DNA from: the human T2T-CHM13v2.0 reference genome, Homo sapiens | Length of the DNA: 64,000 nt | Assembly (NCBI RefSeq): GCF_009914755.1 | Contig: NC_060926.1 | Direction: 5' to 3' (one strand) | Notes under the pieces: model-generated | Databases searched by the model: none | What the model saw: only the letters and a program-made list of their open reading frames with translations | Told to the model about the DNA's origin: nothing | Translations under genes and position numbers: made by a program | Part shown: positions 15,650 to 30,812 of the stretch, one piece after another | Position numbering within the stretch: the first letter of the stretch is position 1 | Layout of the letters: every line of letters begins with the position of its first letter

Positions 15650-16520
15650 TTGGCCCAGTGGAAGTACATGGACTCTCAGGGTTTGGCTCTAAGCTCTGCA
15701 ACTAACCGTATAGACTTTAAGCAAGTTAATTATCTTCTTTAAGCTTCTGTATCCTTATCTGAAAAATTTCTAACATGTAGCAAAAACTAACATCCATTAA
15801 GTTTGTATTAAGTGTCCAACATTGTGCTAAGTATTTTATCAACATTTCTCATTTAATACTCAAAGCAGCCTCATGAAGTAGGTACTACCATGAAGCACCT
15901 GTATAAAACCCTGAGGTTTATAAAGAACCTATCCCAAATCATGCTTCTAGGAAGGGACAAGGCTGGCACTCAAAGCCAGATCCTCCCCACTCAGGAACCC
16001 CCAGCTCTGAACAGGGGCCCTCACCATGGCAGACTTAGCAAACATTAGGTTTCATTCCAAATCTCTAGCTCCCAGGCTCTTCTCATTCGTTGGCTATGTT
16101 CCCTTAGGTAAATCACTTAAACATCCTCAGAATCTGTTTTCTTGGCTCTGGCATGTCTATATTTAAAGTACACAATAATAACTATCCTATCCTCCTATAT
16201 TTATGGAATTGTGTGAGTATAAAATGTGATAATGTCTCTGAGAACTGTACAGCTCTACTACCTTGAAATATTACTATCATTATTTGGAGGTAGCATGTGG
16301 AGTAGAAAGAGGCTGGTATTGGACATCATCATAGCACCTGGATTAAGTCCCACAGTCATGGCTTTCTGAATACAAGATCATATTCAAGGCACTTGTCTCA
16401 GAGTCAGTTTTCTCATCTGTAAAATGGGAATAATCATACCTGCCTCAGAACGTCACTATGAGGATAAGAAATAATATAAGTGAAGTAATATTAGCGAAGT
16501 AATAGCTAAATGTCTATGAA
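15650..16520. mobile_element. Cluster of MIR fragments
   Basis: Several MIR cores (cagttttctcatctgtaaaatgggaataat; tcatttaatactcaaagcagcctcatgaagtaggt). Confidence 0.6.
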
Positions 16521-16566
16521 AGTGCTTTCCAAATAACATGGTCATATTTTTTAACATTAGTCATAC

Positions 16567-16729
16567 CTTCTTCTTTTTCAAAGGTGATAAGTGCTTGTCC
16601 TTTTTGTATCTCATAAGGAACTTTCGAGCTCACTTGAAACGAACAGGAGATATTTGACAACTGGCTGTCATTCTCAGGAGTTTCAACTGATAAGAATTTC
16701 ATCTTTGTTTCAGGAATATCCTCTTTAAT
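16567..16729 (-). CDS. NMI: NMI exon 4 (IKEDIPETKMKFLSV...GQALITFEKEE)
   Basis: 163 nt, phase 0-1; overlaps ORF 16514..16702; AG at 16731-16730; GT at 16566-16565. Confidence 0.96.
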
Positions 16730-17174
16730 CTAATCCAAATGAAAATGTTTGATTAAAATCAAGACGAGAAATAACTTAAGTCCTTCCAATGATAATGTAA
16801 TTTGGTCATCCAATAATTCATTCCCCACTAATTTTAGAACCTTGTAGAATATTGAGTATGGTCTTATTTAACATTTTTAGTAATTGCTTTTTCCCATGTA
16901 AGTACTCAGTAATCAAATGCTGATCTTTTAATATCATTTCACAGATGAAATTAAAAATATATAATCCTCTCACTTTTTTCTAATCAATGTTTAAACTGTC
17001 AATATTGTATGGTGTTCAGTTCTAAAGCCTACATCATTCATGTGAATAAGGACTTTTTAAACAAGTGCCAATAATAGACTATCTCAAAAGGAAATCATTA
17101 GATAGTATGTTTAATTTTGCTGCAAAGTATGAAATATAGTGTTGGGTATAATATGGTATTTCAAATCCAGATAA

Positions 17175-17514
<340 letters not shown>

Positions 17515-17652
17515 CAGAATTAGATGATGTTAAATTTATCAAATTTAAAAATTCCACCTTCCCCAACACCTGCCCATCAACTTTTTAACCATTACCACAA
17601 CTTAGGTTTATAAAAAATGAGAAGGGACAGTATCAACAGAAATTGTAAGCTG

Positions 17653-17954
<302 letters not shown>

Positions 17955-18597
17955 ATTGTAACCTGAAAGATAAAGGTAGGTGGTTATACTTAGCTGCTTA
18001 GAATTATTGGGATTAACAGATTCATATAACTACACATAAATGCACAAATGAGATAGATGCTTGCATTTCTATTGCCCATGGTTATTTTACATGCTGAAAA
18101 TAACACAGAGATTAGAAATATTCAGTGAGTCATTCGATTTAATCTTACATTTATTCTTTGCCTTTATGCATAACTCCAGTGGAACTTCTGATTACAGTAA
18201 GGCTGACATCAAAACAGTCTACAATGTCTGAGTAAAGGCAGAGTGTTACCCAATAATGCAGAAATACCCAGTATATGCTGAGGAGCAAGGGCTTTCTGAA
18301 ATTAGAGTGAGAAAGCTTGATTCTATTTCTGACCACACTGTGACAGACAGCAAATTTACTTAAGCTCTCTGATCACAGGTTTGGTCCTCTGCAAAGTGGG
18401 TCGACTAGGGCTGGCTGGTTTCTAAAGGCTCTTTGAGTTATAAGACTGCATGATTCTAGCTCCAGTCTGAGAAGTAACCAGAATCTTAACAGAGTCTTCT
18501 GCACAAAGTCACCCATCTCATAAACACAGAAAACCTCACTTCCTGATATTCAATATCCTATCTCCCACTTCAGAAACAAGAAGTGTCAATGCTTTAA

Positions 18598-18887
18598 TTT
18601 TTTTTTTTTTTAGGCGGCGCCTCGCTCTGTCGCCCAGGCTGGAGCACAGTGGTGTGATCTCAGCTCATCGCGACCTCCGCCTCCCAGGTTCAAGCAATTC
18701 TCTGCCTCAGCCTCCCAAGTAGCTGGGATACAGGCACCCGCCACCATGCCTGGCTAATTTTTCTTTTTTAGTAGAGACAGGGTTTCACCATCTTAGCCAG
18801 GCTGGTCGTGAATTCCTGACCCCATGATCCACCCGCCTCAGCCTCCCAAAGTGCTGGGATTACAGGCATGAGCCACCGCGCCCAGCC
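18598..18887 (-). mobile_element. AluS
   Basis: Antisense dimer; TSD tcaatgctttaattttt. Confidence 0.9.
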
Positions 18888-19149
18888 TCAATGCTTTAAT
18901 TTTTTAACATCTGAGTTGTTAAGAAAAAAAATGGGTGAAAATTATGTACAATTAAAATACAGGAAAATTTAGGAGAGAATTTAAATGGTGAGGATTAATA
19001 TATGTCCAATTTTTTGAACCGTGAAACTCATCTAAATTACCAAAGCACCTTGGATGAGAAGAATTATAAAAGAACTCAGTGAGAAAAGCCAGAATTTGAT
19101 CCAACAGTAATTTGCTAATGACCATCTTTTTTTGGTAAATTTTATTAAT

Positions 19150-19600
19150 TTTTTGTTTTTGTAAATTTATTAAAGTGTACGTAAATAATAGAAAAATGCA
19201 TGTATCATTAAGTACAGCAAGATGAAATTTTACAAAGCTAACACACGTGATTGGCACGCAGATGATAGGCAGAACATGACAACACCCCAGAAACCCCCTT
19301 GGGTTCCCTTCTGGGTCTTACCTGCTTCCAAAATAACCACTGTTTTAACTCCAAACATCCTGCTTTTGCTTAATTTAAAGGGAAGCATATGGTATGCCCT
19401 CTTCTGTCTTTTTTGTGTTAACATTGTGTTTATGAAACTCATTTGTGTTGCTGCATGTCATTATGATCTGTTCATTCTCATTGCTGTGTAGTTTTCTATC
19501 ATATGACTATACCCCAATTCACTAATTCGTTCTACTATGAAGGAATCATTGGGTTGTTTTCCATTTTGAACTATTACAAATGGTGGTGCCATGGATGATG
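19150..19600 (-). mobile_element. Old L1M 3' fragment
   Basis: Antisense L1ME/MC-type motifs (ttcattctcattgctgtgtagttttc; ttgggttgtttt.cattttg..ctattacaaat). Confidence 0.6.
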
Positions 19601-19697
19601 ATAAGGTTTTAAAAATGAATTTTGTGTAATTAAAATGCTTTTTCCAAAAACCATGCATCCATCAAAAATGTAGTATATAAAATAATTAAGAGAGTAC

Positions 19698-19793
19698 CTG
19701 GAATTCTTTGGTAGCCTCTTGTAACTCCGTTTCAAGCTTTTGGATCTCCTTCTTTAGCTGAATATTTTTCTTTGTAATTTCATCAATTAGTCC
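19698..19793 (-). CDS. NMI: NMI exon 3 (GLIDEITKKNIQLKKEIQKLETELQEATKEFQ, coiled coil)
   Basis: 96 nt, phase 0-0; AG at 19795-19794; GT at 19697-19696; translated manually. Confidence 0.96.
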
Positions 19794-20617
19794 CTTAAAA
19801 ATATCAAATGGTACCAAAGAAAGTAAATAGCCCCTGAACTCATTTTTCCGAATGAACTAAAGACTATAAATTTCTCTCATCCTGACCAAAGAAAGACATT
19901 AGACAGTCTCAGAATAAATATGACTATGTGAATAATGCATTTGTTGAATATTTTACATCATCACCTGTCTATTCTAACATTGCCTAGTAGTACTATCTCC
20001 ATTATATAAATCAGGAAACCACCTCTTACACTAGACCGAAGTCACAGAAAGTTGTATAGTAAGGCAAAGATTGAGATCAGATCTTCTGAATATTACTTCA
20101 GTGCTGCATCAACTCCTTTCCTAGCTATTTGTGAGCATGATAAGACTTTTAAATTGCACTGTAATAGCGGACATATTCTGGGGCAGTTTGTTGTTGGTGT
20201 TGTTGTTGTTTTTGTTCTTAATTATCTGTGATTCCCATAGTATCGCATAGTACACAGCTACCTTAATGAGCCAGACATATGACCTTGGGGAAGTGGTTTA
20301 AGCTACCTGGGCCTCCGTTCCCTCTTGGGGTCTAATGAGATAATTGCTGACTATGCTCTTAACTTGTTGATGCAAATCCAAGAAATGAGGGTGTGAGTGA
20401 GAAAGCAGCTAGTGTTGTAAGCCTTATAAGAGAAAGAATAAAAATATGACACTTCTTGTAAGGCTTAAATAACATAATGGAAGTTAAAAATTTTTTTAAA
20501 GCCTAATGGCCTCCCAAATTCAAGGTAATGTTGGACAAAGACATACAAAACATGCCTTACTGCAAAACTAATAGATATAAAATAATTTTTAATAATACCC
20601 AGTAATTTCCTTTTTAC

Positions 20618-20698
20618 CTTATTTTGTTCATCTTTTATAAATTCATCTGGCAAATGCTCCTTAAGAATTTGTTGTGTGTCATCTTTATCAGCTTCCAT
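20618..20698 (-). CDS. NMI: NMI coding exon 2 (aa 1-27, MEADKDDTQQILKEHLPDEFIKDEQNK); exon starts at 20704
   Basis: ATG at 20698-20696 in context GGGATCATGG; acceptor AG at 20706-20705; donor GT at 20617-20616. Confidence 0.97.
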
Positions 20699-20771
20699 GA
20701 TCCCCTAATATTATAAAAAATAAATATTGTAAGCATAGCATATATACACAAATTTAAGAACAAAGAAATAA

Positions 20772-21231
<460 letters not shown>

Positions 21232-21825
21232 CTAAAAATCCTTTGCTTTTCAACAAAATAATATACAGAAAGTAATGAACATTAATGTTCCTTTGTAGTT
21301 CACATTCCAACCATAATATCATGCTCCATTTTAAATGAATACTATTTTGGTTTTCCAACGTTTTTCAAAGTTTTTGATTAAAATATTTAATTCTCCCTAT
21401 TGTTCTCCCCAAATGTAAACAAAGTCAAGAGGCCTCCAACATATGCTTTCTCTACGCAGGTGTTCTTACCTGAAGCTTTCACTAACTCTCCTGCTGGGTC
21501 CATAAACATGGATTGGGAAGAAATTATATGTTTATTTCTAATAACCTCTAATTGAAGCTTAGCATTCTCTTCAATTATGAATATGGTAACAAACTACAGT
21601 AGTATTCACAGCACCTGTGATAGTCACCAATAGAAAGCACAGATAGTTTCATAGAATATTGTTGCAGATATGCTAAAATAGTTTGTGTTTAACATTGCTT
21701 CTACATTAGTTACTAACCTCACCACTAGGTCTTGTAATATATTGTAATACATTGATATATATCACCATATCAAACATTTGCTTTTTAAATATTCTGATAA
21801 CCATATTTCAATACAATTGATTTCT

Positions 21826-21996
21826 GGCCGGGTGCGGTGGCTCATGTCTGTAATCCCAGCACTTTGGGAGGCCAAGGCGGGTGGATCACAAGGTTAAGAG
21901 TTTGAGACCAGCCTGGCCAACATGGTGAAACCCCGTCTCTACTAAAAATACAAAAAAAATTAGCTGGGCGTGGTGCCAGGTGCCTATAATCCCAGT
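21826..21996 (+). mobile_element. 3'-truncated AluS without poly-A
   Basis: Left arm + linker + 35 nt of right arm, flanked by a 22-bp direct repeat. Confidence 0.85.
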
Positions 21997-22055
21997 CATA
22001 TTTCAATACAATTGATTTACTTTGTAATTCCATGTATTTTATTTTATGCATTTAA

Positions 22056-22337
22056 TTTTTTTTTTAGATAGGGTCTCACTTTGTTGCCCAGGCTGGAGTG
22101 CAGTGGGGCATGAACACGGCTCACTGCAGCCTCAACATCCCTGGCTCAAGTGATCCTCCCACCTCAGCCCCCCAAGTAGTTGGGACTACAGGTATGTGCC
22201 ACCATGCCCAGCTAATTTTTGTATTTTTTGTAGAGATGTGTTTTCGCCAAGTTGCCTAGACTGTCTCGAACTCCTGGGCTCAAACAATCCGCCCCCCTTG
22301 GACTCCCAAAGTGCTGGGATAAGCCACCATGCCTGTC
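22056..22337 (-). mobile_element. AluJ
   Basis: Antisense diverged dimer. Confidence 0.85.
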
Positions 22338-22689
22338 CCCACAGGCATTGACTAAATGTTTTTTTTTTGGAGAAAGGCCCATAGGATTTGCCAAGCTGGC
22401 AAAGGAATCCATGGTACACAAAATTTAAGAACTCTTGCCTACATATGAATTTACTGAGATGAAAAACTCTCAGATCAAAAATGGGACAAAGGATATCATG
22501 ATTCTATGTTTTTAGATACACATTAATAAACAGTCTGCCATATAATTTTCCAAGATTTCAAGTGGCTAAATTCTCAATATTCTTGAAAAAGAAATAAAAG
22601 ACATCTATTCCTCCTTAAAAATAAAATAGAAGACTAGCAAAAACTTAGCTATGTCTTAGTTTAATGAACACAGGAGTGTCAAAAAAAGA

Positions 22690-24180
<1,491 letters not shown>

Positions 24181-24185
24181 GCTAT

Positions 24186-24742
24186 CACTGGGGCTCAGAA
24201 ACTGATACCCGGAAGTATGGCATTTTGACATGGTGAACTGAAGATGGCTCAAGGTCTCTCTGACCTCCCCCTCCTCCTCCTCTGTCTCTCCCAAAGCACA
24301 GGATGAAGGTGCACTGATGTTCTCCTATCTGCCTAAATGTGGGACCTGCCAGAAAACAGAACAATTACTCTAGTCCCTTCCCTGAGTTTTTAATTCTGAA
24401 TTCATATCACAGAAAGAAGACTGAAGTCTGTCAACAAACCTGGGTTACAACCACTGTCTGTTCTGCAAGCCCAACAGGCTTTGTCCAAGGCCATTGTATG
24501 TTCTTCGAGTCCCTTGAATTCCTTTAAAAATCATTTACTAACCCCCTATAATCATCCACACTTCCACATCTCCCTTTCCCCTAAAAAGTAGGGAATATAA
24601 CCATCTGTACCCCATTGTGCAGTATCATCACTATGTGATTTTTTTCCCCTGTGCACATTAATAAATTTGTATGCCATTTCTCCTTTTTAATCTGCCTTTG
24701 CCCTTCAGAGAGCAAAGAGGAAGTTTTCCCTTGACCCCTACA
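24186..24742 (+). mobile_element. ERV1-class solo LTR (MER31/MER34-group-like)
   Basis: tggggctcagaaactgataccc start; AATAAA at ~24660; ends cccctaca; 4-bp TSD ctat. Confidence 0.65.
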
Positions 24743-25010
24743 CTATCCAAGACACTATCAGGACAACTGGTGAAATTCACATTGGATCTGATTATTAAAT
24801 TGTAGTAATGTAGCACTCCACATTCCTGATTTTGATGACTGTATTGTGGTTATGTCGGAGCACATCTTTTTTGTAGGAAATATATACTCAAGTATATAAT
24901 GAAAGATGATAGGTCACCAGATTGGAAATTTATTCTTAAATAATTTAGGAAAAGGAAAAGTTGTTTTACTGTACTTGCAACTTTTCTGTAAGTTTGAGAT
25001 GCCTTGAGAC

Positions 25011-25066
25011 GATATATATATATAAGTATATATATATTTAAACCACATCTCTCTCTCTCTCTCTCA

Positions 25067-25097
<31 letters not shown>

Positions 25098-25120
25098 GCA
25101 TACATATATACATATATATC
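25011..25120. repeat. Compound microsatellite (TA)n/(CT)n/(CA)n
   Basis: Directly visible. Confidence 0.9.
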
Positions 25121-25859
25121 GCTATTGTATCAACAACTGCAAAATCTTCTTAATGGTCAGCCATGGTCTGATACATTCTAACTCCAACTCACTTTCCCGT
25201 CCTATTTAGTCAATTCCTCAACCCAGTTCCCTAACCACACTGAACACTTGGATAGTTCCTTTTCTTTCCTCTGTCCCTCAAACTGTCACATCCTTCCTCC
25301 TCTCCCAAACTTAATCTCCATCTAATGAAATCTTACTGTTCTTCAAGGTCCATTCCAAATTTTCCCCAAGCTCCCGAAGCCTTTTCTGATTCCCCCAAAG
25401 GATGTTACTCCCCCTCCTTTATCTCCTTTGCGGCGCTTTAATTACGTGTGTACCTATGTCATTTTCCGTGACACATCAGTAAACATGTTGAGGGCTGGGA
25501 CCATGTCTACTCCTCCCTGCAGACATTCAGAGCACTTTCTCAGTATAAGCTTACACACTGAAAACACTCCATTTAGAGAATTATGTGGTATCTTGACTTA
25601 AGTATTTGTTGTACTCAGGACATCACATGTATATGAAGTCCTCTTATTACATTTCAGAAGACAGAAACTGCAATGTTATTTAATTGCTTTTTATTTTTAT
25701 TATTGTGACAATGCCAATATTCCAAGAGCCTGTAATAAAGGCTCTCAGCATAAATGGTCTACTATCTAACACCACCAGAACCCTTTTGGCATCTTTTGCA
25801 TCTGGATACTTTTGCTCTATGCATGAGTGGGATGTATGGTCATTCCTTTTATGCAATCA

Positions 25860-26312
25860 TGTAGTAGGCAAAACAATGGCTCCCTCAAAGATGTCCACAT
25901 CTTAATCCCAAGAATCTGTGATTATGTTAGTTTATATTGCAAAGGAGAATTAAGGCTGCAGATTGAATTAAGGTTGCTAATCAGCTTGCTTTTAAATATG
26001 GAGAGCATCCTGGATTATCTGTGGGAGCCCAGTGTAATCATGAGGCTACTTAAAAGTGAAAGCGGAAGACAGAAGAAGAGTCAAGAGTGAAATGTGACCC
26101 CGGAAGAACTTTCAGAGGCGCAATGTTGCTGGCCCTGAAGATGGAGGAAGGGCTGCTGAGCCAAATAAGGTAGGTGGCCTCCGGAAGATGGAAAGAGGAT
26201 TCACCCCAAGAGCTTCCAGAAAGGAAGGCAACCCTGCCAACACTTTGATTTTAACCCAGTGAGACCTCAGTAGGACTGCTACAGAATCCTAAGATAGTAA
26301 ATTGTGTATGTG

Positions 26313-26344
<32 letters not shown>

Positions 26345-26417
26345 CGCGCGTTCCTATGTGTTTAAGCCACTAAAGCCATGTAATTTGTTATGGCAGCGAA
26401 TTAAAAAAACTGATACA
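25860..26417 (+). mobile_element. MLT1D-like solo LTR containing (TG)n(CG)n
   Basis: tgtagtaggcaaaacaatggctccctcaaagatgtccac start; aaactgataca end. Confidence 0.8.
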
Positions 26418-26710
26418 AATCAACATCACCGTATTTCCGTAATACAATCATATAACTGCGGTGCCAGGCCGTGTAGAATCGAATCTTCCTATATGCATGC
26501 GTGGCAGCAAAAAGAAAGGCAATAGAACGTCTGCCTGTTGTACAGACTGGAAACACAGTATTCTCCTTCGGATGTCTCCTTCAAGAAAAACCTTGCCTAT
26601 TCTGACACGCCAGCCATGACTGCACAACACTGCCCCTACCAAGAATCGTTTTCTTAAGAAATCCGTTTTCCTAAGGACTATCTCCAGAGACACTCGGAGA
26701 AAACAGCGAG

Positions 26711-27336
<626 letters not shown>

Positions 27337-27340
27337 TCAC

Positions 27341-27640
27341 CCGCGTCCGCCCGCCGAGCGCAGCTCCCCAAGGCCCAGCGCGCCTGCCCTTCCCGGAAAA
27401 CAGCAGCGCCTGAAACGCCGGAACCCCCGGAGGCACTGGGAGGGGAAGGCCCGGGTTCTCGAAACTGTCGCTGCCTCCTGCAGAAGCGCCGCGGGAGAGC
27501 TGCGGGGTCTTCCTGAGGAGGTGGCCCTCGCAGGAACAGCTGGGTTCCCCGCGAAAAGAAAAAGACAGTGAAAAAGAAAACTGCTTTAACGGCGATTTTT
27601 CTTTAGCATTTAACCAATGCTCAAATACTAAACATGGTTG
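27341..27640 (-). other. NMI: NMI non-coding exon 1 (5' end uncertain, ~27415-27640)
   Basis: Strong donor CGG|GTGAGT at 27341/27340 inside the CpG island upstream of exon 2. Confidence 0.75.
27390..27398. promoter_or_regulatory. GAS element (STAT-binding) TTCCCGGAA
   Basis: Perfect TTC-N3-GAA consensus in exon 1 of an IFN-inducible gene. Confidence 0.7.
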
Positions 27641-27675
27641 TCTCCAATGATTAGTCACTAACAGAAAAAAAAACT

Positions 27676-27693
27676 AATTTCACTTTCGATTTT
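27676..27693 (-). promoter_or_regulatory. ISRE/IRF-E element AAAATCGAAAGTGAAATT
   Basis: Tandem GAAA cores (GAAAGTGAAA plus AAAATC) just upstream of exon 1. Confidence 0.75.
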
Positions 27694-28362
27694 TAAAAAG
27701 GGGTGGTTTTGCGGAGGAAAGCAGAAGTATACCTGAAGTTTCCGTACACACTAATTTTAGGGAACGCTTTCTAAAACCAGTTTTTTGCATGTATTTTATA
27801 AGGTATGTTGGAAAAGTGGATAGAAACCAAATAAAGTCAAAGCAGGAATCGCTCTTCATCAGATTGTAACTCTTTTGTAATTTCTTAGTCACTGTAACAC
27901 TAGTTTACAAATGTTTACAGTCAGCACAAGATCGGCGTTTCTGTGTCTTTTGTAACATCCCCCGGGGCCATGAAGTTGGGAAAGCTGTGGTGTTCCTGTT
28001 GGTTTCTGTGACCCATGTCCCTTGAAAGTTTTCTTATAATCTCTTGTTTTGTTGTGGAGCTTGTAAATAAATACTTCACTAGGTGTGAACTTTTCCTTTG
28101 AAAATTCAAACATCTGGTTTATTTCAAGAACTGCAGTGTCTCTTAATCCCACACAAAGAACCACCCCACAGCTGCCCCGGCTCATAAATACAGATGTGGG
28201 AAGAAAATGAGTCAAAATTATTTCAAGGCATAAATTATAGGTTATCATGCTACCTAGTCACATATAATAACTGATACAGTGGTCTAAAATAGTTTAACAA
28301 AAGTAAAATTTCTTTGTATCAAAAAGGTTGATGGGAACCAGTTTAAAGTGGTGACATTTCTC

Positions 28363-28590
28363 TTTTTTTTTTTTTTTTTTGAGATGAGTCTTGCTCTGTT
28401 GCCCAGTCTCCAACTCCTGAGCTCAAGCAGTCCTTCCACCTCCACTCCCAAGTAGCTGGGATTACAGGAATTCACGACCGCACCCAGATTTTTTGTACTT
28501 TTAATTTGGGTGCTGGGGGCAGGTATCTAACTGTTTCCCAGGCTGATCTTGAGCTCTGGCCCAAGTGATCCCACCACCTCAGCCTCCTGT
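28363..28590 (-). mobile_element. Deleted Alu/FLAM fragments
   Basis: Poly-T then partial Alu monomers. Confidence 0.7.
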
Positions 28591-29945
28591 AAAATGGCGT
28601 TTCTAAGTAAAAAAAAAACGACTTCTTTGTGCTTATCAGACCAGTTAGAAAATACAAAAACTCCTTCTGCTGCAACTTGAGAAAGAATTACTTTAGTTTT
28701 ACCTTGAAATTTTAGAGGGAATATGAACTCTCGAGGTTATTTAGTTGAACCTCATTTCTTCTTATTTTTATTTTTTACAAGAAGATACTAAAGGACAGGA
28801 CCATGGCCAGAACAGGACTAACTTAATATATTGACTCAGATTCTGTTTAAAAGGCAAATGATACAGGTGGAGGGGAAGTCTTTTTGGACACCTACATTCT
28901 AAAGCTGAGACATGTACTTAACAGTCTGAATTTAACTCAGCTTCAAATCTGGTATTCTGCAAAGTGTTAGAGATCTGAAGATGAAGAGTTGGCTCCTGGA
29001 CATACTATTAATAATTGTAATTGCTAACATCTACTAAGAACTCCTGGACATTTTATAAACCTTTTTGTTTTGCCAACAACAATATTAGATACAGGTATTA
29101 TTCCCATTTCTTTTCACCTGTCTGAAGCAGGCAGGAAGGTATTATCCCCATTTTGCAGTTGAGGAAACTAAGGCATAAAGAGGTGACCCAAAATCAAGCA
29201 GTTAATATATGGTGACAATGATATCATACTCTACTCTCAACAATATCTCCAAACTGTGTCCTAGGGTACATGGAGAACATGGAATTTTATGGCCCAATAC
29301 AATTAGGAAATGCTGCATTCTGAATCCACTTTTGGAAATTCACAATGCACATTGGCACATTAAGAGTACCAAGAAGTATTGCAGGGAAAAATTAAAAATT
29401 TGTGCATATTAAAAATTTTAACTTTATTCAACCTTGAACTTATCAAATCAATTTGAGCGATACATTCTTTTTTTCAAGGAACAGTTATTAAAATCTTGGG
29501 GAGTTTCTGATGGGACCTTTCGAGGAATGCTCTAGTAAATTACGCCCTCTCCTAATATAAAAGTTATTTATTGATGTTATCATGCACTCAATAAATATGT
29601 TGCACATGAGCTGCAGCACTCTGTGCCTTGGATATCTCATGTAAATCTACACAGATGTGAGGTGAATATTATGTTACACATTTGTCTCCCTGACTACATG
29701 GCAATGAACTCCTCCCAGGCTTTCTATAAAGACACACACACACACACACCAGTATTACATACAGTCTAATGTGTGTTGGAAGGGGTAGGATACCAGAAGT
29801 AGTAAAAAACAAAGGAGAGCGTAGTCCCCTCTACCTGAGGAGGTCAGGGAAGTTTCCTTCACAGAAGAGGTGAAAATTGAGTTGATTCATTAAGGTAGAG
29901 AAAGTAGACTGAGAAGAAAGATCGGGTGAAAAATCTCAGAGGGAT

Positions 29946-30307
29946 GTGCAATAGACTAAATGTTTGTGTTCCTCCAAAATTCGTATGTTGAAATCCTAAC
30001 CCCCAAGGTGACAGTATTAGGGCTGGGGCCTTTGGGAGATGATTAGGTCATAAAGGGTGGAGCCTAAATGAATGAGATTAATGCCCTTATCAAAGAGGTC
30101 CAAAGGAGTTTGTTGACCTCTTCTGCCATGTGAGGACACAGACAGAAGGTAATCTATGAATCAATAAGCTGGCTCTCACCAGACACTAGATCTGCAGGAC
30201 CCTGGATCTTAGACTTGCAGCTTCCAGAACTGTGAAAAATAAATTCTGTTGTTTATAAACTACCAGTTTATGATGTTTTATTATAATAGTCCAAAAGGAC
30301 TAATATA
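29946..30307 (+). mobile_element. MLT1A/B-like solo LTR
   Basis: gactaaatgtttgtgttcctccaaaattcgtatgttgaaatcctaacccccaa...aataaattctgttgtttataa. Confidence 0.8.
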
Positions 30308-30645
30308 GCATAAAACAAATGGGAGGCACCAAGAGTTTAGTGATTATGCAAACTATGAGAAAGCTACCTGATATCTATTACATGATGATTCTCTTTTAAG
30401 AAAAGGCTACTACACCAAGCTTATGCTGCTGTTGCTAAGATTGTGTTGATCTGGTTTGCAGTTCATCCTTGGGGAAACTGGAACACTTATGCCCAGTATT
30501 GTGCAAGATCCTGGGGGGATACAAATGAATTCTGTAACTTCCTTCTAGTTTTCAAGAGTGTTCCCATTGGACTACATAAGTGGTAAAGGAAAATACTTAC
30601 TCTTTTATCAGGCAAGCAGTACTGTATAGTTAAAAGCATGATTTT

Positions 30646-30812
30646 GGCCAGACATGGTGGCTCATGACTATAAACCCAGCATTTGTGGAAACTGAGGCAG
30701 AAGAATCACTTGAGTCCAGGAGTTCAAGGCTGCAGTGAGCTGTGACTGCACCACTGTACTTCAACCTGGGCAATAGCACGAGACCCTGTCAAAAAGTAAA
30801 TAAATAAATAAA
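30646..30812 (+). mobile_element. Alu monomer (FRAM/FAM-like) within a MIR
   Basis: Single arm with (TAAA)n tail; TSD aaagcatg(a/g)ttttgg. Confidence 0.75.

Larger units (their letters stand above)
21457..22438. mobile_element. hAT-Charlie-type DNA transposon remnant interrupted by two Alus
   Basis: Degenerate terminal inverted repeats caggtgttcttacct ... aatttaagaactcttg; Charlie-like internal sequence. Confidence 0.55.

Noticed and set aside
27586-27635. Two short uORFs (ATG at 27635 and 27609) on the NMI strand
   Set aside because: Relevant only if the TSS lies upstream of them, which cannot be determined from sequence
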